Origin: a virus
Lineage: Duplodnaviria; Caudoviricetes
IMG/VR virus record: IMGVR_UViG_3300032330_001540
Span: 1-28,922 of that record
Length of the DNA: 28,922 bases
Strand: one strand, 5' to 3'
The position numbers and the translations under genes were made by a program. The notes under the pieces are model-generated. The model had not been told where the DNA came from. It saw only the letters and a list, made by a program, of their open reading frames with translations, and did no database searches. Shown here one piece after another: positions 9,880 through 17,887 of the stretch; the stretch's first letter is position 1, and every line of letters begins with the position of its first letter.

Positions 9880-11355
9880 ATGTTTCTAAGTTATTTCACC
9901 CTGTTTGTAGCACTGTGTCTTAGTGTAACCGCGGCCTGGTACAGTATAGTAGGTTTAACTGCTATATTTGCCACCGCGGTTATCCCCATTATTATCATGG
10001 GAAGCATCCTGGAAGTGGCCAAGGTCACTGTCACAGTGTGGTTGCATCAGTACTGGCAACACTGTCGCTGGCTGATGAAACTGTACCTGGTGCCAGCCGT
10101 GGTCATGCTCATGGTCATAACCAGCATGGGCATCTTTGGCTTCTTATCAAAAGCTCACCTAGACCAGGCAGTGCCCACAGGCGATGTTGCTGCAAAAGTG
10201 CAGATCATTGATGAAAAGATCAAGACCCAGCGCGACAACATCGACGCTGCTAAGAAGGCCTTGGTGCAGATGGATGCACAGGTTGATCAGATGTTGAGTC
10301 GCACAGATTCGGAAAAGGGTGCAGAGCGAGCAGTGGCCATACGCAGGAACCAGGCCAAAGAGCGTGGCAACCTGCAGAATGAAATTGCCGCTGCACAAAA
10401 GACCATTGTGGCCTTGCAGGCCGAACGCGCACCCATTGCCAGCGAATTGAGAAAAGTAGAAGCCGAAGTTGGTCCAATCAAATATATCGCTGCCTTAATC
10501 TACGGCGACAATCCTGATGCCAATGTGTTAGAGCGAGCTGTGCGTTGGGTCATAATCATACTTGTGGTGGTGTTTGATCCCTTGGCCATTATGATGGTGC
10601 TGGCATCCACAGAAAGCCTTAAATGGGAAAGAGAACGGCGTGTGGCAGCAGTGCCTGTCAAGGAGCCAGAACCCGAATCTGACATTGAAGAACACACCGT
10701 GATAGCAGGATCACCCGACACGCCCTGGCCTTATCCTGATCCAGAAGAAGTCATACCCTGGCCCAGAGATGAAGAAGATGTTGCGGCAATGAATATTCAG
10801 CCGCCAGAAGAAATTGCTAATGTAGAACTGCGTCCATTCACTGAAGAAGAAGTGGCAGCATTGAACCAACCCACAGAGACAGTGTTTAACTTGGCTGCAC
10901 TTGTGGAAGAATCCGACGAGGACAAACTGTTGAAGAAGGCCTGGAAAGCGGAAAACCCAGACAAAACTTTGAAAGATCATCGCAGCATGCATGAAGCAGG
11001 GCACATAGATGAACTGCCTTGGCAGGAGCCTGAATTCCGCAATAGAATTCTTGGCATCAATTTGGCAGCAGATAACGAGCCACACCCCCTAGGAACTGTA
11101 CGCGGCTTTGGAATCAATTTTCCCACAGATCCACAAAAGGGTGACTTGTTTGTGCGTGTGGACATCATGCCCAACCGACTGTACAAATACAACGGCGCTG
11201 ACTGGATTGTAGTTGAAAAAAATCTCAATGAGAGCTATGCCTACAATGATGCCTACATTGATCACTTGATAGCCAAGATTGACTCGGGCGAATACGATGC
11301 AGAGCTGTTGAACGATGTTGAGCGCGAGCAAATTGCCTTGCGCCTCAACGGCTAA
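9880..11355 (+). CDS. Membrane protein: three N-terminal TM helices, long coiled coil, fourth TM helix, acidic linker, C-terminal beta module
   Basis: Hydrophobic segments; heptad region; FPTDPQKGDLFVR...LYKYNGADW module; TAAATA 4 nt before the ATG. Confidence 0.75.
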   Translation: MFLSYFTLFVALCLSVTAAWYSIVGLTAIFATAVIPIIIMGSILEVAKVTVTVWLHQYWQHCRWLMKLYLVPAVVMLMVITSMGIFGFLSKAHLDQAVPTGDVAAKVQIIDEKIKTQRDNIDAAKKALVQMDAQVDQMLSRTDSEKGAERAVAIRRNQAKERGNLQNEIAAAQKTIVALQAERAPIASELRKVEAEVGPIKYIAALIYGDNPDANVLERAVRWVIIILVVVFDPLAIMMVLASTESLKWERERRVAAVPVKEPEPESDIEEHTVIAGSPDTPWPYPDPEEVIPWPRDEEDVAAMNIQPPEEIANVELRPFTEEEVAALNQPTETVFNLAALVEESDEDKLLKKAWKAENPDKTLKDHRSMHEAGHIDELPWQEPEFRNRILGINLAADNEPHPLGTVRGFGINFPTDPQKGDLFVRVDIMPNRLYKYNGADWIVVEKNLNESYAYNDAYIDHLIAKIDSGEYDAELLNDVEREQIALRLNG

Positions 11356-11371
11356 ATAATAAACTAACATT

Positions 11372-11605
11372 ATGGCACAAGCTCCTAAATTATACGGTCG
11401 TACAGTATTCGTCAAAGACGACAATGTTGAACGGGCTCTACGCAAGTTCAAGAAAAAGATCAACGACTCGGGTATCTTGAATGACCTGCGTGAACGCGAA
11501 GCCTACGAAAAACCCACTACTGCCAAAAAGCGCAAGAAGGCCGCTGCTCGAAATCGTTGGAACAAATATCTATCGGCACAGAAGTTACCTAGAAAACAGT
11601 TCTAA
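11372..11605 (+). CDS. rpsU: 30S ribosomal protein bS21
   Basis: VKDDNVERALRKFKKK...REAYEKPTTAKKRKKAAAR signature. Confidence 0.93.
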   Translation: MAQAPKLYGRTVFVKDDNVERALRKFKKKINDSGILNDLREREAYEKPTTAKKRKKAAARNRWNKYLSAQKLPRKQF

Positions 11606-11845
11606 ATGTTAGTAGAGTTCTACCTTCCCCGGGGTGAGAACCGTATTTGGGCTCCTGCAGCACTGCACACTCTTAAATTGGCCATCATAGTATGGACCAG
11701 CCGTTACAATGTGGGCTACACAGAAAAAACAGTGAAGTACACGCATCGCTTGTGTTTTGAGCAGGACCAAGATTACACCCTGTTTGCCTTGACCTGGGAC
11801 TACAATCGAGTAGACTGGGCTATCATTACTGACCGAAATCGTTGA
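11606..11845 (+). CDS. Hypothetical protein
   Basis: ORF abuts the rpsU stop and fills the gap to the hsp20 promoter. Confidence 0.6.
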   Translation: MLVEFYLPRGENRIWAPAALHTLKLAIIVWTSRYNVGYTEKTVKYTHRLCFEQDQDYTLFALTWDYNRVDWAIITDRNR

Positions 11846-11872
11846 CAGGCTCGACAATTTGCTGTATAAATA
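11842..11872 (+). promoter_or_regulatory. Overlapping sigma70 and T4-late-type promoters for hsp20
   Basis: TTGACA (11842-11847), 17 bp, TATAAA (11865-11870), which extends to a perfect TATAAATA (11865-11872). Confidence 0.8.
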
Positions 11873-11877
11873 TACTC

Positions 11878-11936
11878 ATGCAGTGCCGATGGTCGGGCTG
11901 CATATTAGTCTTGCTTACTTAAAGGAGATTATCATG
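11878..11936 (+). ncRNA. ROSE-like RNA thermometer in the hsp20 5' UTR
   Basis: 5' hairpin ATGCAG...CTGCAT (11878-11903); 3' hairpin TAGTCTTGCTT-actta-AAGGAGATTA with UUGCU and a bulged G opposite the SD. Confidence 0.8.
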
Positions 11937-12365
11937 ACTAAAATCACTTCGTATGACCTCACCCCCTTCTATCGCAACTCCGTTGGTATTGATCGACTGT
12001 TTGACCGTATTGTGGGTCAACTAGATCACTCTGCAAACACCAATTACCCCCCCTACAACATTGTTCGCACCGGCGAAGAAACCCACGAAATTGAAGTAGC
12101 CGTGGCTGGCTTCGGTCAGGGTGACATTGATGTGCAGGAGCATGATGGTCAGTTGATCATCACTGGTGAACGCAAAGAAGAAGGACAACGCGATTACCAG
12201 CATCAAGGTATCAGTGCACGCCGTTTTGTGCGTACATTTGCCTTGGCTGAGTATGTGGAAGTCAAAGATGCTGTGGTACGCAACGGTATTTTAACTGTGC
12301 GTCTAGAGCGTAATTTGCCTGACACAGCCAAGCCAAAGAGCATTGCAATCACATACCAAGGCTAG
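11934..12365 (+). CDS. Small heat-shock protein Hsp20 (IbpA-like)
   Basis: GIDRLFD, NYPPYNI, EVAVAGF, HQGISARRFVRTF, NGILTVRL, IAI tail; start at ATG 11934 after AAGGAG. Confidence 0.95.
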   Translation: MTKITSYDLTPFYRNSVGIDRLFDRIVGQLDHSANTNYPPYNIVRTGEETHEIEVAVAGFGQGDIDVQEHDGQLIITGERKEEGQRDYQHQGISARRFVRTFALAEYVEVKDAVVRNGILTVRLERNLPDTAKPKSIAITYQG

Positions 12366-12371
12366 TATAAT

Positions 12372-12408
12372 TGTTGTAAATACAACAGGGGCAATTCTGC
12401 CCCTGTTG
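12372..12408 (+). promoter_or_regulatory. TGTTG-TAAATA-CAACA palindrome overlapping an 11-bp hairpin between hsp20 and clpS
   Basis: Palindrome 12372-12387; hairpin CAACAGGGGCA-attc-TGCCCCTGTTG 12383-12408 with no U-tract. Confidence 0.65.
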
Positions 12409-12430
12409 CACTGTTATCAAAGGAACTGCT

Positions 12431-12745
12431 ATGTCTGAAGCCGATGCTGATACCAAAACAAAAATCAAAGTCAACCATGGCTTGCGTGAGCCCGGTATGT
12501 TCAAAGTCATTTACTTGAATGACAATCAAACCACCATGGAATTTGTGGTAGAGAGCTTGATTGAATTTTTTGACTATCAAACTGAAACTGCAATTAAGAT
12601 CACAGAAGACATTCACGATGCAGGCTCAGCTGTGGTGGCTATCTTGCCCTATGAACTTGCTGAACAAAAAGGCATTGAAGTAACACTCAGTGCAAGAGCG
12701 CAGAACTATCCCTTGCAGATCAAACTAGAACCTGAAAGTGTCTAG
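12431..12745 (+). CDS. clpS: ATP-dependent Clp protease adaptor ClpS
   Basis: FKVIYLNDNQTTMEFVVESL, IHDAGSAVV, ELAEQK, YPLQIKLE. Confidence 0.93.
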   Translation: MSEADADTKTKIKVNHGLREPGMFKVIYLNDNQTTMEFVVESLIEFFDYQTETAIKITEDIHDAGSAVVAILPYELAEQKGIEVTLSARAQNYPLQIKLEPESV

Positions 12746-13533
12746 TATTCGATTGTGATGCGTTTGGGATGATATACCGACTGTGACCATGGGGTGCCTC
12801 CGCGACCCTTGCAGTTGCTGACATAACGCACACCGTTGATGCTACGATCCATGCTTTTGTGATAGTGACCAAAACACCAGGTGTGTATTTTTTCTTCGGT
12901 GTCTGCTTCGTGTACTAATTGCATGTCGGCATTGCCCATGACATTATAGCGCCAGGTATCGACCAGGTCAATGTCGTGATTGATCACATCCACCGTGGGC
13001 ACAGTATGAGTAACCACCACAATGGCAGCAACATCCTTGTGAGTTTGTAGTTTGGCCACACTGCGCCGCATGTAAGCAGCATCCTGACGACCCATGGCAG
13101 CAATGGCATCCACATGTTCCTGCTGCATGAGATATTTTTCTCTGTGCCAGGCCTGACACTGATCAAGATCCAGGGTGGGATCAAAATCATAACTCCACCA
13201 ACCGTTTGTGCCCAACAAGGCCACCCCGTTGATTATGACCACATTGTCCTGTAGGTATACCACATTGGGTATGTTGCCAATGTCGTGTACAAGACTGCGA
13301 TAACTTTCGCCAAGATCTTCAATGGTGTTGGCATGTTCGTCATTGCCATCTACATAAAACACAGCATGATAACACCGCCCAAGGTGTTTGAGTGCGGATC
13401 TTAAGGTTTTACGATCTGCTGCCACATCACCTGCCACCACACAATAGGTGCTGGTAGGTTGTCCTGTCCAATCAAAACCATTGGCCCAGGTATCTACATG
13501 TAGGTCTGAAATTAGGTCGAAGCTGAATTGCAT
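12742..13533 (-). CDS. Calcineurin-like metallophosphoesterase
   Basis: SDLH, AGD, GNDEH (variant of GNHE), THTVP, FGHYH; TAAATA 6 nt upstream of the ATG. Confidence 0.85.
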   Translation of the reverse strand: MQFSFDLISDLHVDTWANGFDWTGQPTSTYCVVAGDVAADRKTLRSALKHLGRCYHAVFYVDGNDEHANTIEDLGESYRSLVHDIGNIPNVVYLQDNVVIINGVALLGTNGWWSYDFDPTLDLDQCQAWHREKYLMQQEHVDAIAAMGRQDAAYMRRSVAKLQTHKDVAAIVVVTHTVPTVDVINHDIDLVDTWRYNVMGNADMQLVHEADTEEKIHTWCFGHYHKSMDRSINGVRYVSNCKGRGGTPWSQSVYHPKRITIEY

Positions 13534-13557
13534 GATACATATTTAAAAGGATTATAC

Positions 13558-13914
13558 ATGAACATAATATTTGGCGCAGATGAAATCCCGGAATTAGGGG
13601 ACAAATACACTGTACTAGAACTAGATACATTTAGACTGCCAGGTCGATCCGAACCTGCCACTGCCTATTGCGTAGTAGAAAATATAAACTACATCGACAT
13701 GCACAAGGTACCAGAACGCAAAGATTTGCATCATGAACTCATGGCCAACTACCGTCAACGCAATTGGAAGTTCTGTGAAGATGCCATGCAGTACCTGCGC
13801 GGATTCTGGGGCGGTGAAATGGACACATTTTATGATGAAATACAAAAACGCATTGAACAGTTCAAACAAACAGATCCAGGAGAGGCATGGGATGGCATCG
13901 TTGATAAAACTTAG
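13558..13914 (+). CDS. Stand-alone homolog of the C-terminal region of the CHASE2 adenylate cyclase
   Basis: Aligns by eye with the last ~118 aa of 23085..25145 (VLELDT, YRQ, G.MDT.Y, KQ.D....WD); AAGGA SD before ATG 13558. Confidence 0.85.
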   Translation: MNIIFGADEIPELGDKYTVLELDTFRLPGRSEPATAYCVVENINYIDMHKVPERKDLHHELMANYRQRNWKFCEDAMQYLRGFWGGEMDTFYDEIQKRIEQFKQTDPGEAWDGIVDKT

Positions 13915-14287
13915 TTTGGCAACCCTATTACTCAGTGGCTGCAGTCTGCTGTCAGTCAGCCACTTTGATGCCAACGAACAGGCACAGATTGTGACCATTG
14001 TGCAAATGAGTCAGAATAAAAGTCTGTGTGAGGATGTGACCAAAGCATCCAATATCAGCAGTCAAATAGCACACACCACTGAGTGGCTGCGACTGTACAG
14101 TCAAGACACGCCTAACAACGGGCCCATGCAGACCATGACCAAACAGCTGGACGACTCAGCTCAGGAATTCCGTGACCGTTACAGCCGCTTGCCGGTGCCT
14201 ACCCGACTCTACTGCGAGATCAAGTTAAATAACATTAACACCATGGCCAATACCATGCGCGAAGTCAGTGCCCGGAGACCAAGATGA
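13892..14287 (+). CDS. Putative lipoprotein
   Basis: MASLIKLSLATLLLSG-C lipobox; GGAGAGG SD; upstream part of the 184-aa ORF track overlaps the previous gene. Confidence 0.75.
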   Translation: MASLIKLSLATLLLSGCSLLSVSHFDANEQAQIVTIVQMSQNKSLCEDVTKASNISSQIAHTTEWLRLYSQDTPNNGPMQTMTKQLDDSAQEFRDRYSRLPVPTRLYCEIKLNNINTMANTMREVSARRPR

Positions 14288-14529
14288 ACAACTTTCAAGC
14301 AGTGTTAGCTCACTATCAAGCACAGCCTACTCGAGCAGGTGAGCGTGCCAGATCAGCAGCACAGTTACACGGTGCCTTGTACGCTGGCGACATAGATAGA
14401 TCCGCCTACGAAGAACTCATGCGGGATCTAAAACGAATTGATACTGTGAATATAGCAGCAGACGAGCTCACAGATGCCATTGCTGTGAACGAAATAATAG
14501 ACGCACTTATGGCCATACCCCTGCCTTAA
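14284..14529 (+). CDS. Hypothetical helical protein
   Basis: ATGA overlap with the lipoprotein gene. Confidence 0.65.
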   Translation: MNNFQAVLAHYQAQPTRAGERARSAAQLHGALYAGDIDRSAYEELMRDLKRIDTVNIAADELTDAIAVNEIIDALMAIPLP

Positions 14530-14582
14530 ACACACTACTAAAATTGCCGCTTTTTCCGGTTAAATAATAACGAGGAGAAAGT

Positions 14583-15032
14583 GTGAAAACAATAACTAAA
14601 ATCATTCTCTGGCTGGGTGCTTCGGCACCTGTTTTCGCCGCACCCATTGCTGACTTTGGCTTCAAAAGTCCGGCCTTCAACGGGTCGGGCTATAGCAGTC
14701 ATGTGCTCACTGTGGAAAATCAAGAATACACTCGCCGGCAGGCCATAGCCAAAGAGATACAGGCAGCCTTGGACAAAGCCAAAGCCGACGCTGCTAACAC
14801 AAATTTACAAAAATTCCTAAACAATCTGGAAAGTCGTGTTTATGCCCAAATCAGTCAGGCTCTGGCCACTGCCATGTTCACAGCAGGCACAGCCAGCACA
14901 GGCACATTCAACTTTGAAGGCAACACCATTTACTGGACCAAGGATACCAGCAACATCTATCTCACAGTGACAGACACAGTGGGCACCAGCACCAGTATTA
15001 CAGTACCATTAGGACAATTTACATTTCAATGA
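14583..15032 (+). CDS. csgF: Curli assembly protein CsgF-like
   Basis: Signal peptide then FGFKSPAFNG, LTVENQE, FLNNLESRVYAQIS, GTFNFEG; directly upstream of csgG; TAAATA 14561 and GAGGAG SD. Confidence 0.8.
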   Translation: MKTITKIILWLGASAPVFAAPIADFGFKSPAFNGSGYSSHVLTVENQEYTRRQAIAKEIQAALDKAKADAANTNLQKFLNNLESRVYAQISQALATAMFTAGTASTGTFNFEGNTIYWTKDTSNIYLTVTDTVGTSTSITVPLGQFTFQ

Positions 15033-15880
15033 GACTATTGGCTCTATGTTTAATCATGCTACTGACAGGGTGTGCCGTAACTCAAAAAGCCGGAGTAGAG
15101 TTCAAACCCGAAGTAGCCGAAAACAAACTGCAACGAGAGTTTGATGCAGTGCCGGCACCTGACGGCAAGAAAGTCACTGTGGCTGTTTACAGTTTTCAGG
15201 ACAAAACTGGTCAGCGTAGGCCACAGGCCAATGTGGCCAGTTTGAGCACAGCAGTCACACAAGGTTCTGAAGTATTCTTGATCAAAGCCCTGCAGGATGT
15301 AGGACGAGGACAGTGGTTTGATGTGGTCGAGCGTGTGGGTGTAGACAACCTGACCAAGGAGCGACTAATCATACGCCAGATGCGTGAGGCCTATGAAGGT
15401 GCCAATGCCAAACCACTAATGCCGTTGCAGTTTGCAGGTATCATTATGGAAGGTGGCATCATTGGTTTTGATGCAAGCACAGAGTCCGGTGGCCTGGCAC
15501 ATAGATTTTTGGGTGTGGGCAAACAAACACAGTATTCTAAAGATGTGGTCACAGTGAGCCTGCGTGCCGTGAGTGTGAACACAGGCAAGGTATTGGTAGC
15601 CGTGACAGTGACAAAAACTGTTTATAGCACAGCAGACAGTGTGGCCATATTGAAATTTTTAAGGGCTGGCACTGCAGCCTTTGAAGCAGAAACGGGACTA
15701 ACCATAAACGAACCTGGTACCTTGGCAGTCAAAGCCACAGTAGAAGCAGCGGTAGTAGAGTTGATCAAGGAAGGTGAAAAGAAAGGCGTATGGGATTACA
15801 AAAAACACGAGGCAATCTCAGCACCACCACAGCGAGCAGCACCACTGATGCCGCCTGCTGTTGTTAGAGATGAAAGGTAA
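15029..15880 (+). CDS. csgG: Curli secretion channel CsgG (CsgG/HfaB family) lipoprotein
   Basis: LTGC lipobox, VAVYSFQDKTGQRRP, STAVTQG, WFDVVER...NLTKERLIIR, EGGIIGFD, NEP. Confidence 0.93.
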   Translation: MRLLALCLIMLLTGCAVTQKAGVEFKPEVAENKLQREFDAVPAPDGKKVTVAVYSFQDKTGQRRPQANVASLSTAVTQGSEVFLIKALQDVGRGQWFDVVERVGVDNLTKERLIIRQMREAYEGANAKPLMPLQFAGIIMEGGIIGFDASTESGGLAHRFLGVGKQTQYSKDVVTVSLRAVSVNTGKVLVAVTVTKTVYSTADSVAILKFLRAGTAAFEAETGLTINEPGTLAVKATVEAAVVELIKEGEKKGVWDYKKHEAISAPPQRAAPLMPPAVVRDER

Positions 15881-15882
15881 GG

Positions 15883-15930
15883 TGTTAGAATTTTTACTGT
15901 TAGAATTTTAACACTGTTAAAAAAATAACA
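15883..15930. promoter_or_regulatory. Tandem TGTTA-N6-TAACA operator-like palindromes (CRP/Clr geometry)
   Basis: 15898-15913 TGTTAgaatttTAACA and 15915-15930 TGTTAaaaaaaTAACA perfect; 15883-15898 TGTTAgaatttTTACT degenerate. Confidence 0.75.
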
Positions 15931-16001
15931 GCTATGCATAATTTGTATGGTATTCGATTTAAATAATAATGTGCAACAAGCACGGAGGAAACAGAAACAA
16001 A

Positions 16002-16790
16002 ATGTTCAAGACGCTAGCCAAAATAAAAATTATATTGCTGGGTCTTATCGTGAGTGCCAATGTCGTGGCCTCAGACAACAGTATCTACATAGATCAAGCT
16101 GGCGATAACAGCACGATCTATATCAACCAGTACGGCGCCAGCAACGTTGTGCGGGGCATACAAAGTTCTGGGTCTGGTAATACCACACCAGCACAGATCT
16201 ACGGTGACAATGTCACTGTCACTGTTGATCAGATAGGTGCCAGCAATACCTTGAACCTGGGCTTGGATATGAGCACAGCGTCTGGCGGTAGCAACAGCAG
16301 TGTGACCTACAGCATCACAGGTAACTATAACACTGCTACTATCAATTCCAACAACTCCAGTGGTGGTACCAGCGCCAGCAACACCATCAGTGTTACCCAA
16401 GTGGGTGACAGCAGCACAGCCACAGTCACAATGTTGGGCACATCAAACACATTCACTGCCAGTCAAACCGGCAATTACAGTGTGTTGGTGGGCAACATCA
16501 GCGGCACCAGCAACACTGCCACAGTAACAGAATCCGGCGGTACAGCCAACAGCACCTCAATAACGCAAACAGGCGACTCGGGCACAGCCAGTGTGACCAC
16601 TGTGGGCGCATCAAACACTACTACAATCTCACAAAGTGGGGGCAGTGCCGGGCATATGGCCACGGTAAATATTACTGGTAGCAGCAACACAACTTCAATA
16701 ACCCAGAGTGGGACTAGCGCAGACAGCGTGGTCAATATCACAGGGTCTGGCAGCGGCAATACATTTACCATAATATCCAACACTAGATGA
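16002..16790 (+). CDS. Curlin-repeat secreted protein (CsgA/CsgB-like, probable major subunit)
   Basis: Signal peptide; repeated N/S-x-x-x-(I/V)-x-Q-x-G-x-x-N units (NSIYIDQAGDN, NTISVTQVGDS, NTTTISQSGG); S/T/G/N-rich; alternative start 15969. Confidence 0.85.
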   Translation: MFKTLAKIKIILLGLIVSANVVASDNSIYIDQAGDNSTIYINQYGASNVVRGIQSSGSGNTTPAQIYGDNVTVTVDQIGASNTLNLGLDMSTASGGSNSSVTYSITGNYNTATINSNNSSGGTSASNTISVTQVGDSSTATVTMLGTSNTFTASQTGNYSVLVGNISGTSNTATVTESGGTANSTSITQTGDSGTASVTTVGASNTTTISQSGGSAGHMATVNITGSSNTTSITQSGTSADSVVNITGSGSGNTFTIISNTR

Positions 16791-17887
16791 AAATACTCTG
16801 TATCCTACTGTTAGCGACTGGTACAGCCTGGGGCGCAGTAGGAACAATTACAGACCAAGTCAATGCTCCACCACACATAGAACGCCGAAAACAAGACATA
16901 GTTGCTGCCAAGGGCACAGGTGTGGAAATGCAGGATACCATACGCACTGGCCTGGGCCGGGTGGGCATACGCTTTGAAGATGATACAAAAGTACAGATCA
17001 CAGAAAATTCCAAACTTGTGATAGATGACTTTGTGTATGATCCCAAGAACGCCAAAGGCGGTAAACTGGCCATGAATGTGGCCCTGGGCACTGTGCGTTA
17101 TGCTTCAGGACAGATTGCCAAGAACGCGCCGCAGAGTGTGAATCTATCCACTCCGTCGGCCACCATTGCTGTGCGCGGTACAGATTTTACTGCCACAGTG
17201 GATGAACTGGGCCAAAGCACAGTGGTCTTGCTGCCCAGTTGTCCTGCAGGTTGGCGCGACGTAGAACGCGACTGTAAAACTGGTGCTATCGAAGTCATAA
17301 CTGATGTGGGCAAGGTTCTGCTGGATCGACCATTTCAAGCTACAAAGGTAGAAAGTCGCAGTGCCATACCACTGAAACCTGTGGTGCTTAACTTGTCCGA
17401 AGATGCCATTGGCAATATGTTGATCGTGGCACCTCCCCGCCAGTTGCAACGCGAACAAGGGCAGGATCGTACCCGAGTCAATGCTGCTGGTGCCTTGGAT
17501 GTGGATTTCCTTAAAGAAACCGGCTTGGTCAATGCCTTAGAAGCCGAAGAAAAACAGTTCTTTCAAGACAAGTTAAGCCAAAATTTACTGAATACTAACC
17601 TGTTGCCCAACATACTAGATATGATCAATGCGCAGATGGCAGCCGAACTCAATTTGTTAAATACAGCACAGGGCGGATTATTGCCCGATTGGCGCGCAAC
17701 ATCAGGAGTCACAGTGACCCTGGATGAACCCACTGTAACTCTATGCAGGGATGATGGATCAAATGTGCAATGTGTGAGCACAAGAACCACACAGAACACC
17801 ACAATCCTACAGCAGCAAGGCAGCATTGAAATTAAGAATCGTGTGAATGCAGGAGGCAGCACTACCATAACGCTGATACAACGATGA
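16787..17887 (+). CDS. Secreted FecR-domain protein with curlin-like C-terminal strands
   Basis: Signal peptide; DTIRTG, IRFEDDTKVQITENSKLVID, TPSATIAVRGTDF; C-terminal NTTILQQQG...STTITLIQR. Confidence 0.85.
   Translation: MKILCILLLATGTAWGAVGTITDQVNAPPHIERRKQDIVAAKGTGVEMQDTIRTGLGRVGIRFEDDTKVQITENSKLVIDDFVYDPKNAKGGKLAMNVALGTVRYASGQIAKNAPQSVNLSTPSATIAVRGTDFTATVDELGQSTVVLLPSCPAGWRDVERDCKTGAIEVITDVGKVLLDRPFQATKVESRSAIPLKPVVLNLSEDAIGNMLIVAPPRQLQREQGQDRTRVNAAGALDVDFLKETGLVNALEAEEKQFFQDKLSQNLLNTNLLPNILDMINAQMAAELNLLNTAQGGLLPDWRATSGVTVTLDEPTVTLCRDDGSNVQCVSTRTTQNTTILQQQGSIEIKNRVNAGGSTTITLIQR

Noticed and set aside
11859-11933. N-terminal extension of Hsp20 in the ORF track
   Set aside because: Overlaps the promoter and ROSE-like UTR; the strong SD points to ATG 11934
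12383-12408. Classic intrinsic terminator after hsp20
   Set aside because: Strong stem but no U-tract on either strand; kept only as a regulatory hairpin
13733-13891. N-terminal part of the 184-aa ORF
   Set aside because: Overlaps the cyclase-tail gene out of frame; SD and lipoprotein signal begin at 13892
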